A stretch of 64,000 nucleotides of DNA from Deltaproteobacteria bacterium (GTDB taxonomy: Bacteria; Desulfobacterota; Dissulfuribacteria; Dissulfuribacterales; DYLC01), in contig JAQVIJ010000001.1 of assembly GCA_028695735.1 (NCBI GenBank), forward strand, positions 582,447-646,446. The letters run 5' to 3'. The position numbers were made by a program, and so were the translations under genes. Shown piece after piece: positions 1 to 9,790 of the stretch; position 1 is the stretch's first letter, and every line of letters begins with the position of its first letter. Under the pieces are notes generated by a model that was not told where the DNA came from, did not search any database, and worked only from the letters and a program-made list of their open reading frames with translations.

Positions 1-21
1 GGAGTTCCGCAGGGACGAGAA

Positions 22-54
22 GGGCGGCAGCTGCCGCCCCCTTCCAATTTTTTT
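22..54 (+). terminator. Rho-independent terminator of an off-window upstream + strand gene
   Basis: Perfect palindrome GGGCGGCAG/CTGCCGCCC (22-39), followed by a T-run at 48-54. Confidence 0.55.
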
Positions 55-159
55 GTTCTTTAAATTCAATCACGGCATTTGGGTTGACAGTGGTATATTG
101 CCTAATTCTGCATTATTATTTCTTAATTTAACAGAACAAAATGGCAGGAGGGCCTCTTC

Positions 160-1752
160 ATGGAACCTGAATGGCTGGACGCATTGCTGAAGGTCTCTGG
201 GTCGAACCAAGCGGATACCCACCGTTTGATACAGACCCATATCTCATGGGTTATTTTGACCAATGAGATAGTATATAAGATCAAGAAACCCGTAAATTTC
301 GGTTTTCTTGACTATACCACCCTGGAAAAGCGCAGGTTTTTCTGTGAGGAAGAGGTGCGTCTGAACAGGCGGCTCTGTCCGGAGATATATCTGGGAGTGG
401 CGCCCATAGTCAAAACCCCTGACGGCGCCTATGCCTTTGACGCCCAGGGAGAGACCGTGGAATGGGCGGTCAAAATGCGTCGTATGCCTGAAGACGGCAT
501 CATGACACATCTCTTAAAAAGATATGAGCTCAATTCAGGGCATATCGACGCCATTTTGAACAAATTGGTGTCCTTTTATTCCTTGAATGCCGATGGAGAT
601 GCAAGGCATGCCCAGTTGGCTGCTGAAATGGGCTCCCTCGAGGTGATACGGCACAATACCGAGGAAAACTTTGCACAGATATCGCCATTTGTGGCGCAAA
701 TTATTCCATCCCAACTATACGAGGCCATTTGCTCTTATACTCGAGGCTTTTTACAGACCCAGGCAGACCTCTTTGAAAGGCGGCGCCAGGAGGGACACAT
801 TAAAGACGGCCATGGTGACCTCTATTCCGCCAATATCTGCTTCGATGCCTCTAAAAACCAGGTCTATATCTTTGATTGCATAGAATTCAATGACCGCTTT
901 CGCTACGGAGATGTGGCCTCTGATGCGGCCTTTTTGGCCATGGACCTGGACCTGCACGGCTATCCAGACCTGGCATCCTATTTTGTTTCGCAGCTTTCCC
1001 ATGCCCTAAATGACCCTGATATGCTGAAGCTGATGGATTTTTATAAATGTTACAGGGCGGTGGTGAGAGGCAAGATCGGCTGTTTTACATGGGCGGATTC
1101 AGGCATAGATGCAGCGGCCAGGGAGGCTGCGCTTGACAATGCCCTGCGCTATTTCAAGCTGGCCGGCCGCTATGTGCAGCCCAAGAGACCCAAGCTTTAT
1201 GTGGTTTATGGATTGAGCGGCACTGGCAAGACCACGGTGGCCAATATGTTGGCTGAGATGGCACATCTCCCTGTCTATCACTCGGACCAGGTGCGCAAGG
1301 AATTGGTGGCGGGCATCCCTGCCACAGAAAGGCGCCTGGAGGCCTTTGGTCAGGGCATTTATAGCCGGGAACTCTCTCAAAAGACATATCATGCCATGGC
1401 CCGTCTGGCTGCAAGGCATTTGGTGTTGAATGAGGATGTCATTCTGGATGCCACCTACATAAATGCACTTGAAAGAAAAAGATTGCTGGAGATCGTTGAA
1501 TACTGCAATGCCGAGCCCATATTCCTTCAGACCACCTGCCCTGAGCCTGAGGTGAAGAGGCGGTTGGCGAACAGGCTCAATCAGCCGCAGGAGGTGTCGG
1601 ACGGCAGATGGGAGATATATCTCAAACAAAAGGAACGTTTTATGCATAAAGAAGGTCTGGAAGAGTTGCCTGTAGAGGTGATCCCCACAGAGGACAAGGC
1701 AGTGATGCAGGAACATCTGAAGGCTGTGTTGAGTAAGTATAAAAACAAATAA
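160..1752 (+). CDS. Bifunctional aminoglycoside-phosphotransferase-like kinase / P-loop ATPase family protein
   Basis: 530-aa ORF. The N-terminal half has an APH/choline-kinase-type catalytic loop (GHGDLYSANICF) and a DxxEFNDRFRYGD motif. The C-terminal half has a Walker A motif (GLSGTGKTT). Confidence 0.7.
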   Translation: MEPEWLDALLKVSGSNQADTHRLIQTHISWVILTNEIVYKIKKPVNFGFLDYTTLEKRRFFCEEEVRLNRRLCPEIYLGVAPIVKTPDGAYAFDAQGETVEWAVKMRRMPEDGIMTHLLKRYELNSGHIDAILNKLVSFYSLNADGDARHAQLAAEMGSLEVIRHNTEENFAQISPFVAQIIPSQLYEAICSYTRGFLQTQADLFERRRQEGHIKDGHGDLYSANICFDASKNQVYIFDCIEFNDRFRYGDVASDAAFLAMDLDLHGYPDLASYFVSQLSHALNDPDMLKLMDFYKCYRAVVRGKIGCFTWADSGIDAAAREAALDNALRYFKLAGRYVQPKRPKLYVVYGLSGTGKTTVANMLAEMAHLPVYHSDQVRKELVAGIPATERRLEAFGQGIYSRELSQKTYHAMARLAARHLVLNEDVILDATYINALERKRLLEIVEYCNAEPIFLQTTCPEPEVKRRLANRLNQPQEVSDGRWEIYLKQKERFMHKEGLEELPVEVIPTEDKAVMQEHLKAVLSKYKNK

Positions 1753-1980
1753 AAACAGGTAGTTATGTTAACATTTTTTTGTGTTTCCACAGTGCAAAAA
1801 AACCCTTTACTTTTTTTGAAAAAGGTGTATTTACACTACTCCAGTTTTGGCTGTTACAAATTGTTTTAGCCGGATTGATGAGAGGTTGTGTTGAAATCTA
1901 TCGACAAGGTCATAATATCATTTATGCACCCATTCTTATTTTAGCCCCTTCCTTTTTTTATTCCCCAAGGAGAACAAACC

Positions 1981-4698
1981 ATGAAACCCTCAGGCATGAC
2001 AGTGTGTCTGAACCATTTGAAAACCTGGATCAAGGCCATTGCCGGGTTGGAAGTGAAATCCGTTACCATTCTGGTGATAGCCCTGATCGCCCTGACAAAT
2101 CTTTCCGTGTGGGCCTTTTTCAATCAACCTGCGCATGAAGAAGATTGGCGTGGTGTGATAGGCGGTTTGTCTTACAGCCCCTATCAGCGAGGTCAGGATC
2201 CATTCAAAGAAAAATACCCAAGCATCGACGACATAGCCGGCGACATGCGTTTCCTGAAGGGCAAGGCCTCCTCAGTGCGCACATATTCCTCCATCAACGG
2301 CGTGGAGGAGACGGCCCGGCTTGCTAAAGAGCAGGGCATTTTTGTTACAGCCGGCGCATGGCTGGACAAGCGTAAGGACAACAATGAACGTGAGATCAAC
2401 GGCCTCATTCAGATCGCGAAGAAATATGACAACATCGAGCGTGTGATCGTGGGGAACGAGGCGGTCCTGCGTGGAGATCTGACAGTCAAGGAACTGGCCG
2501 AGTATATCAGACGTGTCAAAAGAGAGGTGAAGGTCCCTGTGAGTACCGCTGAGCCATGGCACGTCTGGTTGACCCATCGGGAACTGGCCGATGAAGTGGA
2601 CTACATAGCCATACACGTCCTGCCTTACTGGGAAAAGATACCTGCCAATCAGGCGGTGGACTGGGCCTTGTCCAGGTATGAACAGGTGAAACAGACCTTT
2701 CCTGGCAAACATGTCATCTTCGGCGAGGTTGGCTGGCCCAGCGGAGGCAACAGATTGGAGGCGGCTGAGCCCAGTCTCACCAATCAGGCCAAATTTATTC
2801 GAAAGTTTTTGAACATCGCCAGCCGTGAAAAGATCGATTATTTCATCATGGAGGCCTTTGATCAGCCATGGAAAAGACCTCTTGAAGGCCCTGCGGGTAT
2901 GCACTGGGGTGTCTTCAATGTGGACCGCATGCCCAAGTTTCCCTTTACAGGAGAGATAGCCGAGAATCCCTTTTGGGCCAGACAGGCCGTAGCCGCCACG
3001 CTGTTCGCCCTGTTGCCCATGTTTCTTTTCCTGTTCGCATTCAAGGAGATTCAGTTGCCGGGCCAGGTGGTGTTTGCCGCCCTGATTCAGATTACGGCCT
3101 CTCTGGCTGTCTGGACCGGTTTCGTGCCTGTTGTTACAGACCTGCCCATAGAGAGCAAGGCCGTGTGGTTCGCCCTTTTCCCGGCCCAGTTGTTGTTATT
3201 GGGTGTGGTGCTTGTAAATGGTTTCGAGTTTACGGAGATGATCTGGAAGCCAGGTCTCAAACGCCTTTTCAGGCCTTTTACAAGATCGGATGTGGTGAAC
3301 AGGCGGCTTCCCATGGTCTCCATACATCTGCCCATCTGCAATGAGCCGCCTGACATGGTGATTCAGAGCCTGAACAGCCTGGCGCGACTGGATTATCAGA
3401 ATTATGAGGTGCTGGTCATCGACAACAATACAAAGGACGAGGCCGTCTGGAGGCCGGTGGAGAGACACTGCGCCAGCCTCGGGGCCAGATTCCGTTTTTT
3501 CCATCTTCCCAAATGGCCGGGCTTCAAGGCAGGCGCCCTGAATTTTGCCCTGACTCAAATGTCGCCCGAGGCCGAGATCGTTGGCGTGGTGGACAGCGAT
3601 TATGTAGTGAGGCCGGATTGGCTTTTGGCCCTTACCCCTTATTTTGAGGACTCAAAGGTCGCCTTTGTTCAGGCCCCTCAGGACAATCGCGATTGGGAAA
3701 ACAATCCCTTCAAGACCATGTGTAACTGGGAGTACAGCGGTTTCTTCCATATCGGTATGATGCATAGGAATGAAAGAAATGCCATTATACAACACGGGAC
3801 CATGACCCTTGTGCGGAAAACGGTTTTAAACAGCATGGGGAACTGGTCGGAGTGGTGTATCTGTGAGGACGCAGACCTGGGGCTTCGTATGCTGAATGCT
3901 GGCTATGACTCTATTTATGTCAATGACGCCTTTGGAAAGGGCGTCACTCCGGATTCCTTTGCTGCCTATCAGAAACAGCGTTTCCGTTGGGCCTATGGTG
4001 CCATGCAGATCATCAAGGGGCACTGGAGGTTGTTCCTGCCTACTTTCAAGGCGAATGGCGAGGACAGACTCAACAATGCCCAGCGTTATCACTTTGCAAG
4101 CGGTTGGATGCCCTGGTTTGCTGATGCCCTGCATCTGCTCTTTGCAATGGCAGGTATCTTTTGGTCTGCGGCCTTGGCCATTTGGCCTCAGTATTTCGAG
4201 TTTCCTTTGGCGGTCTTTTTGGCCCCGACCCTTGGCATATTTGTTCTAAAGGTCTTGCACAGCTTTTTGCTCTATAAGCACAGGGTGCCCTGTACCCTGA
4301 CACAGCGCATCGGCGCTGCCGTAGCAGGCATGGCCCTGACTCATACCATAGCCAAGGCAGTGATAGCTGGGCTGTTTACCTCCAGACTGCCTTTTATGAG
4401 AACGCCCAAGGGAGAGGCCACTGCACCTCTTGTTCACGGATTGTTGGTTGTGCGCGAGGAGTTGGCCATGTTTTTGCTGTTGACCCTGGCTGCCGTCAAC
4501 ATCTGGGTCGTGTATGGGACTCAATCCTTTGAAATAAATGCGTGGGCCGTGATTCTGCTAATTCAGTCCATTCCATACCTGGCCGCCATTGTATGCTCCC
4601 TGGCCAGTTCCATGCCCGATGCCTTCAGCTTCAAGTGGGCCAAGAGATGGCTGGATGCCTTGGCCCCTCAGCTTCAGGTCATCAAGGTGCGTATTTAA
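1981..4698 (+). CDS. Membrane GH17 glucanase-like domain fused to a processive family-2 glycosyltransferase (NdvB-like beta-glucan synthase)
   Basis: 905 aa. N-terminal TM helix, then GH17 signatures (VIVGNEAVLRGD acid/base region; FGEVGWPSGG nucleophile motif). TM helices follow, then a GT2 core (VLVIDNNT, VDSDY, QKQRFRWAYG = Q-x-x-RW processivity motif) and C-terminal TM helices. Confidence 0.75.
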   Translation: MKPSGMTVCLNHLKTWIKAIAGLEVKSVTILVIALIALTNLSVWAFFNQPAHEEDWRGVIGGLSYSPYQRGQDPFKEKYPSIDDIAGDMRFLKGKASSVRTYSSINGVEETARLAKEQGIFVTAGAWLDKRKDNNEREINGLIQIAKKYDNIERVIVGNEAVLRGDLTVKELAEYIRRVKREVKVPVSTAEPWHVWLTHRELADEVDYIAIHVLPYWEKIPANQAVDWALSRYEQVKQTFPGKHVIFGEVGWPSGGNRLEAAEPSLTNQAKFIRKFLNIASREKIDYFIMEAFDQPWKRPLEGPAGMHWGVFNVDRMPKFPFTGEIAENPFWARQAVAATLFALLPMFLFLFAFKEIQLPGQVVFAALIQITASLAVWTGFVPVVTDLPIESKAVWFALFPAQLLLLGVVLVNGFEFTEMIWKPGLKRLFRPFTRSDVVNRRLPMVSIHLPICNEPPDMVIQSLNSLARLDYQNYEVLVIDNNTKDEAVWRPVERHCASLGARFRFFHLPKWPGFKAGALNFALTQMSPEAEIVGVVDSDYVVRPDWLLALTPYFEDSKVAFVQAPQDNRDWENNPFKTMCNWEYSGFFHIGMMHRNERNAIIQHGTMTLVRKTVLNSMGNWSEWCICEDADLGLRMLNAGYDSIYVNDAFGKGVTPDSFAAYQKQRFRWAYGAMQIIKGHWRLFLPTFKANGEDRLNNAQRYHFASGWMPWFADALHLLFAMAGIFWSAALAIWPQYFEFPLAVFLAPTLGIFVLKVLHSFLLYKHRVPCTLTQRIGAAVAGMALTHTIAKAVIAGLFTSRLPFMRTPKGEATAPLVHGLLVVREELAMFLLLTLAAVNIWVVYGTQSFEINAWAVILLIQSIPYLAAIVCSLASSMPDAFSFKWAKRWLDALAPQLQVIKVRI

Positions 4699-4718
4699 CC
4701 AAGCGATGACAATTAGCT

Positions 4719-4763
4719 AACAAACGGCCTTTATTCAGAGTGCAGGAATAGAGGCCGTTTGTT
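4719..4763 (+). terminator. Long-stem hairpin after the GH17-GT2 gene (possible terminator or attenuator)
   Basis: AACAAACGGCC (4719-4729) pairs with GGCCGTTTGTT (4753-4763). The T-run is weak and the hairpin abuts the kup start region. Confidence 0.35.
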
Positions 4764-4766
4764 TAT

Positions 4767-6614
4767 GTGAAGCTAAAGAGAATGGAACCTTCCTTGCCCC
4801 AAAACCAGCAGACCTCATCCATAAAGGAGATAATCCATTCCATGGGGCTGGTGTTCGGGGATATCGGCACCAGCCCCATATATACACTTACCGTCATCTT
4901 TGCCCTGCTGCCGGTCACTGTGCCCAATGTCATGGGCATACTTTCCCTCATTGTTTGGACCCTCATGATCCTGGTAACTGTGGAATATGCCTGGCTTGCC
5001 ATGAGCCTGGGCAGAAAGGGCGAGGGCGGCACCATTGTGCTCAAGGAGATACTGGTGCGGCTTCTCAGGACGGGCAGGGCCGTGGGTTTTGTCACGGTTT
5101 TGTCTTATGTGGGTGTCTCATTGCTCATTGGCGATGGTGTCATCACTCCGGCCATTTCCATCCTTTCGGCCGTAGAAGGTATGAGACTGATACCTGCTTT
5201 CGAGGCCATGTCTCAAACAGATGTGATGCTCATTGCATTTGTGATAGTGGTTTTCTTGTTTTTGATGCAGTCCAGGGGGACCGAGCGGGTGGCGGGTATG
5301 TTCGGACCCATAATGGCCCTCTGGTTTTTTGCGCTGACCGCATTTGGTGCGGTCGCCATTTTGGCCTTCCCTGGCGTACTCAAGGCGGTCAATCCCTGGT
5401 ACGCCGTTTCCTTTTTCAGGGAACATGGTATAGCGGGTTTTTTCATACTTTCTGAGGTGATTCTCTGCGCCACCGGCGGCGAGGCCCTTTATGCCGATAT
5501 GGGACATCTGGGCAAGCGGCCCATCATAAGGGCGTGGTGTCTGGTAATGCTTGCGCTCGTCATAAACTATATGGGCCAGGGCGCCTATGTGATTAACCAT
5601 CCTCAAGAGAGCAATCTGCTGTTTTCCATGGTGAAATGGGAGATGCCTTTCATCTATCTGCCCTTTTTGCTACTTACCATCTCCGCCACCGTCATAGCAT
5701 CTCAGGCGCTCATAAGCGGTATGTTTTCCATAGTATATCAGGGAATAAACACCCGTATAATGCCGCTCATGAAGGTCATCTACACATCCTTGCATCTCAA
5801 ATCACAGATATACATACCATGGGTCAACTGGTCATTGATGTGTGCGGTATTGTTTATCATATTCGTGTTTCAGGCCTCTGAAAGACTTGCCATGGCATAC
5901 GGCCTTGCCGTAAGCTCCACTATGGCCATTACAGGCATCATGATGACCATGATCTTTGGCCGTACCTCCAGGTGGTGGCAGATGGGAATGGCGGCTTTTG
6001 TCACCTTTGTGGATATGTTGTTTTTGATGGCGAATCTCAACAAATTGCACCACGGCGGCTATTGGTCATTGGCGCTTGCCGCCTTTCCGCTTATGACAAT
6101 TTTTATCTGGACTCGAGGGAACAGGGCCCTTTACAGTTCCCTGAAACCCCTTGACAGGGATTCATTCCTGCATGGTTACCGCCAGATATACGAAACGGGC
6201 AGGACCATACCAGGTACGGCGCTGTTTCTGACACGTGATTTCAACAACATTCCGCCCTATGCAGTGCACTGCATTCTGCACAGCAATATCGTTTACGAGC
6301 ACAATATTTTTGTGTCCATTTTGCGCACAGATGAGCCTTTCGGCATCGAGACAGAGCTGAGGCGCGACATTGGCCCCGGCCTGGACCTCTTTATCATCAG
6401 GGCAGGTTATATGGAGCTTATCGATGTGGAGGCCCTGCTGCGAGCCAACGGCATTCAGGAAAAGGTCATATTCTACGGTGTGGAGGATATAGTCACTCCC
6501 AATTTTATCTGGAAGATATTCGCTCTGATCAGGAAGATCGCCCCGAATTTTGTGCAGTTTTACCGGTTACCAGCCAACAAGTTGCATGGTATTATTACCA
6601 GACTGGATATGTAA
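4767..6614 (+). CDS. kup: KUP/HAK/KT-family potassium uptake protein
   Basis: 615-aa polytopic ORF with the family signature GLVFGDIGTSPIYT near the N-terminus and a soluble C-terminal domain. The start is uncertain: GTG at 4767 or ATG at 4782. Confidence 0.9.
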   Translation: MKLKRMEPSLPQNQQTSSIKEIIHSMGLVFGDIGTSPIYTLTVIFALLPVTVPNVMGILSLIVWTLMILVTVEYAWLAMSLGRKGEGGTIVLKEILVRLLRTGRAVGFVTVLSYVGVSLLIGDGVITPAISILSAVEGMRLIPAFEAMSQTDVMLIAFVIVVFLFLMQSRGTERVAGMFGPIMALWFFALTAFGAVAILAFPGVLKAVNPWYAVSFFREHGIAGFFILSEVILCATGGEALYADMGHLGKRPIIRAWCLVMLALVINYMGQGAYVINHPQESNLLFSMVKWEMPFIYLPFLLLTISATVIASQALISGMFSIVYQGINTRIMPLMKVIYTSLHLKSQIYIPWVNWSLMCAVLFIIFVFQASERLAMAYGLAVSSTMAITGIMMTMIFGRTSRWWQMGMAAFVTFVDMLFLMANLNKLHHGGYWSLALAAFPLMTIFIWTRGNRALYSSLKPLDRDSFLHGYRQIYETGRTIPGTALFLTRDFNNIPPYAVHCILHSNIVYEHNIFVSILRTDEPFGIETELRRDIGPGLDLFIIRAGYMELIDVEALLRANGIQEKVIFYGVEDIVTPNFIWKIFALIRKIAPNFVQFYRLPANKLHGIITRLDM

Positions 6615-6732
6615 AAAAGAGAATAAGATATTCCATGCAGCGAAGAGCCGTGGGACTTTTTGGGTATGAGCCGAATACAAGGCAGTTGCCAGGCGCATTT
6701 GCCAAGGAAATTCCGTTGTTGGGCATACTTGA

Positions 6733-8067
6733 ATGATGAAACCAGACGATATTCAATACACAGCCGCCCGGCTTTGGGCATTTATTGCCTATGCCTCGCG
6801 TAAATTTTTAAGTGACCATTGCTTCAGCTTTGCCCAGGCCCTCACCTATACCACCATCTTCTCCATTATCCCCATACTGGCCATAGTATTTTCCATATTT
6901 CATTCATTGGGCGGGTTGGAGTCCCTGCACGATGTCATATTCGGTTATCTCTCAGAGATGCTCACCCCTGGCGGGCAGCACTTGGTTCAGGAGACCCTGC
7001 GGGAGCTTCTGGAAAAGGCACAATCAGCGCCCATCGGCTCCTTCAGTATAGTGTTTTTTATCGTAATTGCATTTTTGCTGCTCATGGAGCTGGAGGATGT
7101 CTTGAATTACATCTGGTCCGCCAGCGGGCACAGGCCGTTTTTGCGGCGCATCGCCCTTTACTGGTTGGCCTTTACCTTGGGGCCTGTGATTATGGTCATT
7201 CCTCTGCTCATGACCTTGTTTCTCAGTTCACAGGCAGAGGCATTCAAGTCTGTTTTGCTGTTCATCGACCCTTTTATGCAGTTTTTACGCCTGCTGCCCG
7301 TGCTGTCTATCTGGTTTTTTCTGTGGGCAACATATATGTTTCTGCCCAACACCTATATAAAGCCCGAGGCTGCAGCCGTCGGCACCCTGGTGGGCGGTTC
7401 CTTATGGCTTTTGGCCGCCAAGATCTATACCATATATAATACCTATGTCCTGACCTATTCCAAGCTATATGGTTCCTTGGGGGCCATTCCCATCTTTCTT
7501 CTGTGGCTGTTTATCAGTTGGTGCATCATCCTCTATGGCGCTGAAGTGGCCTATTGTTATCAGTATTGGCGTGGCATTCAAAGAAGGCAAGAGGGCACGG
7601 TCTTTGAGGAGGTCAATTCCGCCAATATTCTGGCATTGCATCTGGTCTTGTCAGTGTACTGGCGGTTTCAAAACGGTCTGCCAGGGCTCAGCCTGGTGGA
7701 GTTGTGCGCGGAATTGGGTGCCTCTCCCAGGGATGTCAGGCCGGTCTTAAATGCCCTGGAGAGACACGAGATTTTGACATTGGAGGCAAAGAAACACCGC
7801 ATTCTGCCCCTTCAGCCTGCGCATCTCTTGACTGTTTATGGAATCTGGAGCGCCATAGGCCACACCGCATCCAAACAGACTGACACGGCCTTGATGCCTG
7901 AGCCAGGGCCTTTTCATTCCATTCAGAGGCCTTGGGAGCCTGCGATCTCTGCCCTTTTATTGCAAGGAAACGCCTGTTTTTTGGAGAAGACAGGCAAAAT
8001 CACCGTAAGTGACCTGCTCTCTCAGGCTCACGCGGGGCCAGCAACGCCTGTGGATTTAGTGAAATAA
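6733..8067 (+). CDS. YihY/BrkB-family membrane protein with a C-terminal winged-helix-like extension
   Basis: 444 aa. Six predicted TM segments with the typical YihY layout (FAQALTYTTIFSIIPILAI...; LWLFISWCIILYGAEVAY). The roughly 150-aa soluble tail contains LSLVELCAELGASPRDVRPVLNALERHEIL. Confidence 0.7.
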   Translation: MMKPDDIQYTAARLWAFIAYASRKFLSDHCFSFAQALTYTTIFSIIPILAIVFSIFHSLGGLESLHDVIFGYLSEMLTPGGQHLVQETLRELLEKAQSAPIGSFSIVFFIVIAFLLLMELEDVLNYIWSASGHRPFLRRIALYWLAFTLGPVIMVIPLLMTLFLSSQAEAFKSVLLFIDPFMQFLRLLPVLSIWFFLWATYMFLPNTYIKPEAAAVGTLVGGSLWLLAAKIYTIYNTYVLTYSKLYGSLGAIPIFLLWLFISWCIILYGAEVAYCYQYWRGIQRRQEGTVFEEVNSANILALHLVLSVYWRFQNGLPGLSLVELCAELGASPRDVRPVLNALERHEILTLEAKKHRILPLQPAHLLTVYGIWSAIGHTASKQTDTALMPEPGPFHSIQRPWEPAISALLLQGNACFLEKTGKITVSDLLSQAHAGPATPVDLVK

Positions 8068-8746
8068 GCTGATTTATCAAGGTGTTGTGAGTGGAGTGGC
8101 GTATGAGGTGCATCCATCCGCCGATATAAACGGTTAAAAGCCCTGCCTTTGCTATGCGCTTAATGCGTCTGGCCAGGGTCTCTTCTCGCTTGCGCCAAAA
8201 CCCCTCTTCCATCCACTCCATTGAAGGCATGGGTTTCGGCCCCGGCTGTCCTTGTGGGCCTAATTGTGCACACAGGAGCTGTTGGGCTAATCGGTATTGG
8301 CCTGCCAGATATGTGTTGAGCTCAACATGCGGCTGTTCCACCAAGTAATTGAGGTTTTGTGCAGTTAAGAGCTCATTCCTCCACAAGGGCAGTTCCTCCT
8401 TGGCCAGTGAGTTGGAGTCTATGGGAAGCACATGAATGTCGTGTCTTTGGCCGTAGTGTCGGCCTATCTTCCACTCAAAGGGCATTCTGAGCTGTAGTTT
8501 GAGCAGTTCTATGGCGCCATGCCGCCTCTTTTCTTTGGGCCAATCCTTTGTGAGTCGGTATAATTGAGTGAGCCATTTGCGCTCATTGGCCCTGCGAAAT
8601 GCCACTGAAAAGGGGCTGATCTCCACCAAAATGATTTGAGGCCTGATCTGGCATAAAAGCCCGTAGAGCCCGGCCGCCTCTGCCCTTGCGTCCAGGTGAA
8701 CAGTTCCAATGAGATAAAGATGTGGTAAGTGGCATTTTTGTTGCAT
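8000..8746 (-). CDS. TraB/GumN-family-like protein
   Basis: I trimmed the ORF to the internal ATG at 8746, because the longer 349-aa ORF runs through the divergent pseB promoter. The N-terminus HLYLIGTVHLD resembles the TraB/GumN GT(V/I)H motif. The 3' end overlaps the convergent yihY-like gene by 68 nt. Confidence 0.45.
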   Translation of the reverse strand: MQQKCHLPHLYLIGTVHLDARAEAAGLYGLLCQIRPQIILVEISPFSVAFRRANERKWLTQLYRLTKDWPKEKRRHGAIELLKLQLRMPFEWKIGRHYGQRHDIHVLPIDSNSLAKEELPLWRNELLTAQNLNYLVEQPHVELNTYLAGQYRLAQQLLCAQLGPQGQPGPKPMPSMEWMEEGFWRKREETLARRIKRIAKAGLLTVYIGGWMHLIRHSTHNTLINQLISLNPQALLAPREPERAGHLR

Positions 8747-8791
8747 ATTTTTGTGATTGACAATTAACAATAAAAACAGGAGGGAGGCAAC

Positions 8792-9790
8792 ATGGCCAAC
8801 GGCAGTTTTGATTGGAGTAATAAGGTGGTGCTGGTGACAGGTGGAACAGGCACCTTTGGCAAGGCCTTTGTAAGGCATCTTTTGAAGCACCACAACCCCC
8901 ATGCCATTCGTATCTATAGTCGCGACGAGTTCAAGCAGTTTCATATGCAGCAGGAGTTTAGGGACGAGCGCCTGCGTTTTTTCATAGGTGATGTACGGGA
9001 TGGCGAACGATTGATCAAGGCATGTCGTGGTGTGGATGTGATAGTCCATGCCGCTGCCATGAAACAGGTGCCTGCCTGTGAATACAACCCATTTGAGGCA
9101 GTGAAGACCAATATCCTGGGGGCTACCAATGTAATAGATGCGGCCCTGTTCAATGAGGTCCCCAAGGTGGTGGCCTTGAGCACTGATAAGGCCGTAAACC
9201 CCGTAAATCTCTACGGCGCCACCAAACTCTGCTCAGACAAGCTCTTTATTCACTCCAATGCCTATAGCGGCGATAGATCCACCCGTTTTGCCTGTGTGCG
9301 CTATGGCAATGTATTGGGCTCTCGCGGGAGTGTGATCCCCTTGTTCTTGGAGCAGCGCAAGAGCGGCGTCATCACCCTGACGGACGAACGCATGACCCGC
9401 TTCTGGATCACCACAGAGGAGGCGGTGGGCCTGGTGGAGACAGCCCTTCATCTCATGCAGGGTGGAGAGATCTTTGTTCCGCATATCCCCAGTATGCGCA
9501 TTGTGGACCTGGCAGAGACCCTGGCCCATGGCTGCGAAAGACGAGTCATAGGCATTCGGCCCGGAGAAAAGTTGCACGAGGTGTTGATAAATGAGGATGA
9601 AGGCCGATATACCGTTCGATATCAAGGCATCTATATAGTTCAGCCGGCGATTGACCTTTGGAAATCCTCCAAATATGCCTCTGGTGAGCCTGTGGAGGCA
9701 CATTTTACCTATGCGAGTAACACCAATGACTGGTGGCTCTCTGGCGAGGAGCTGAAGGCCATGCTCATTCAACAGGGGATCAACATATGA
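8792..9790 (+). CDS. pseB: UDP-N-acetylglucosamine 4,6-dehydratase (inverting), PseB/FlaA1 type
   Basis: 332 aa. VLVTGGTGTFGKAFVRHLL Rossmann motif, YSRDEFKQ...FFIGDVRD and the YGATK catalytic region are typical of PseB. An AGGGAGG RBS lies upstream. Confidence 0.85.
   Translation: MANGSFDWSNKVVLVTGGTGTFGKAFVRHLLKHHNPHAIRIYSRDEFKQFHMQQEFRDERLRFFIGDVRDGERLIKACRGVDVIVHAAAMKQVPACEYNPFEAVKTNILGATNVIDAALFNEVPKVVALSTDKAVNPVNLYGATKLCSDKLFIHSNAYSGDRSTRFACVRYGNVLGSRGSVIPLFLEQRKSGVITLTDERMTRFWITTEEAVGLVETALHLMQGGEIFVPHIPSMRIVDLAETLAHGCERRVIGIRPGEKLHEVLINEDEGRYTVRYQGIYIVQPAIDLWKSSKYASGEPVEAHFTYASNTNDWWLSGEELKAMLIQQGINI

Noticed and set aside
8000-8067. Convergent 3'-end overlaps: yihY-like/traB-like by 68 nt, and kinase/GATase by 41 nt at 52055-52095.
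   Set aside because: These are real in the sequence but common in compact genomes. I see no structured element in them, so I note them only as possible antisense-transcription overlap.
8747-9049. The ORF track extends the minus-strand ORF to 349 aa (start at 9049), overlapping pseB.
   Set aside because: The extra 101 codons run antisense through the pseB promoter, RBS and N-terminus and have no recognisable motif. The conserved TraB/GumN-like N-terminus starts at the ATG at 8746.
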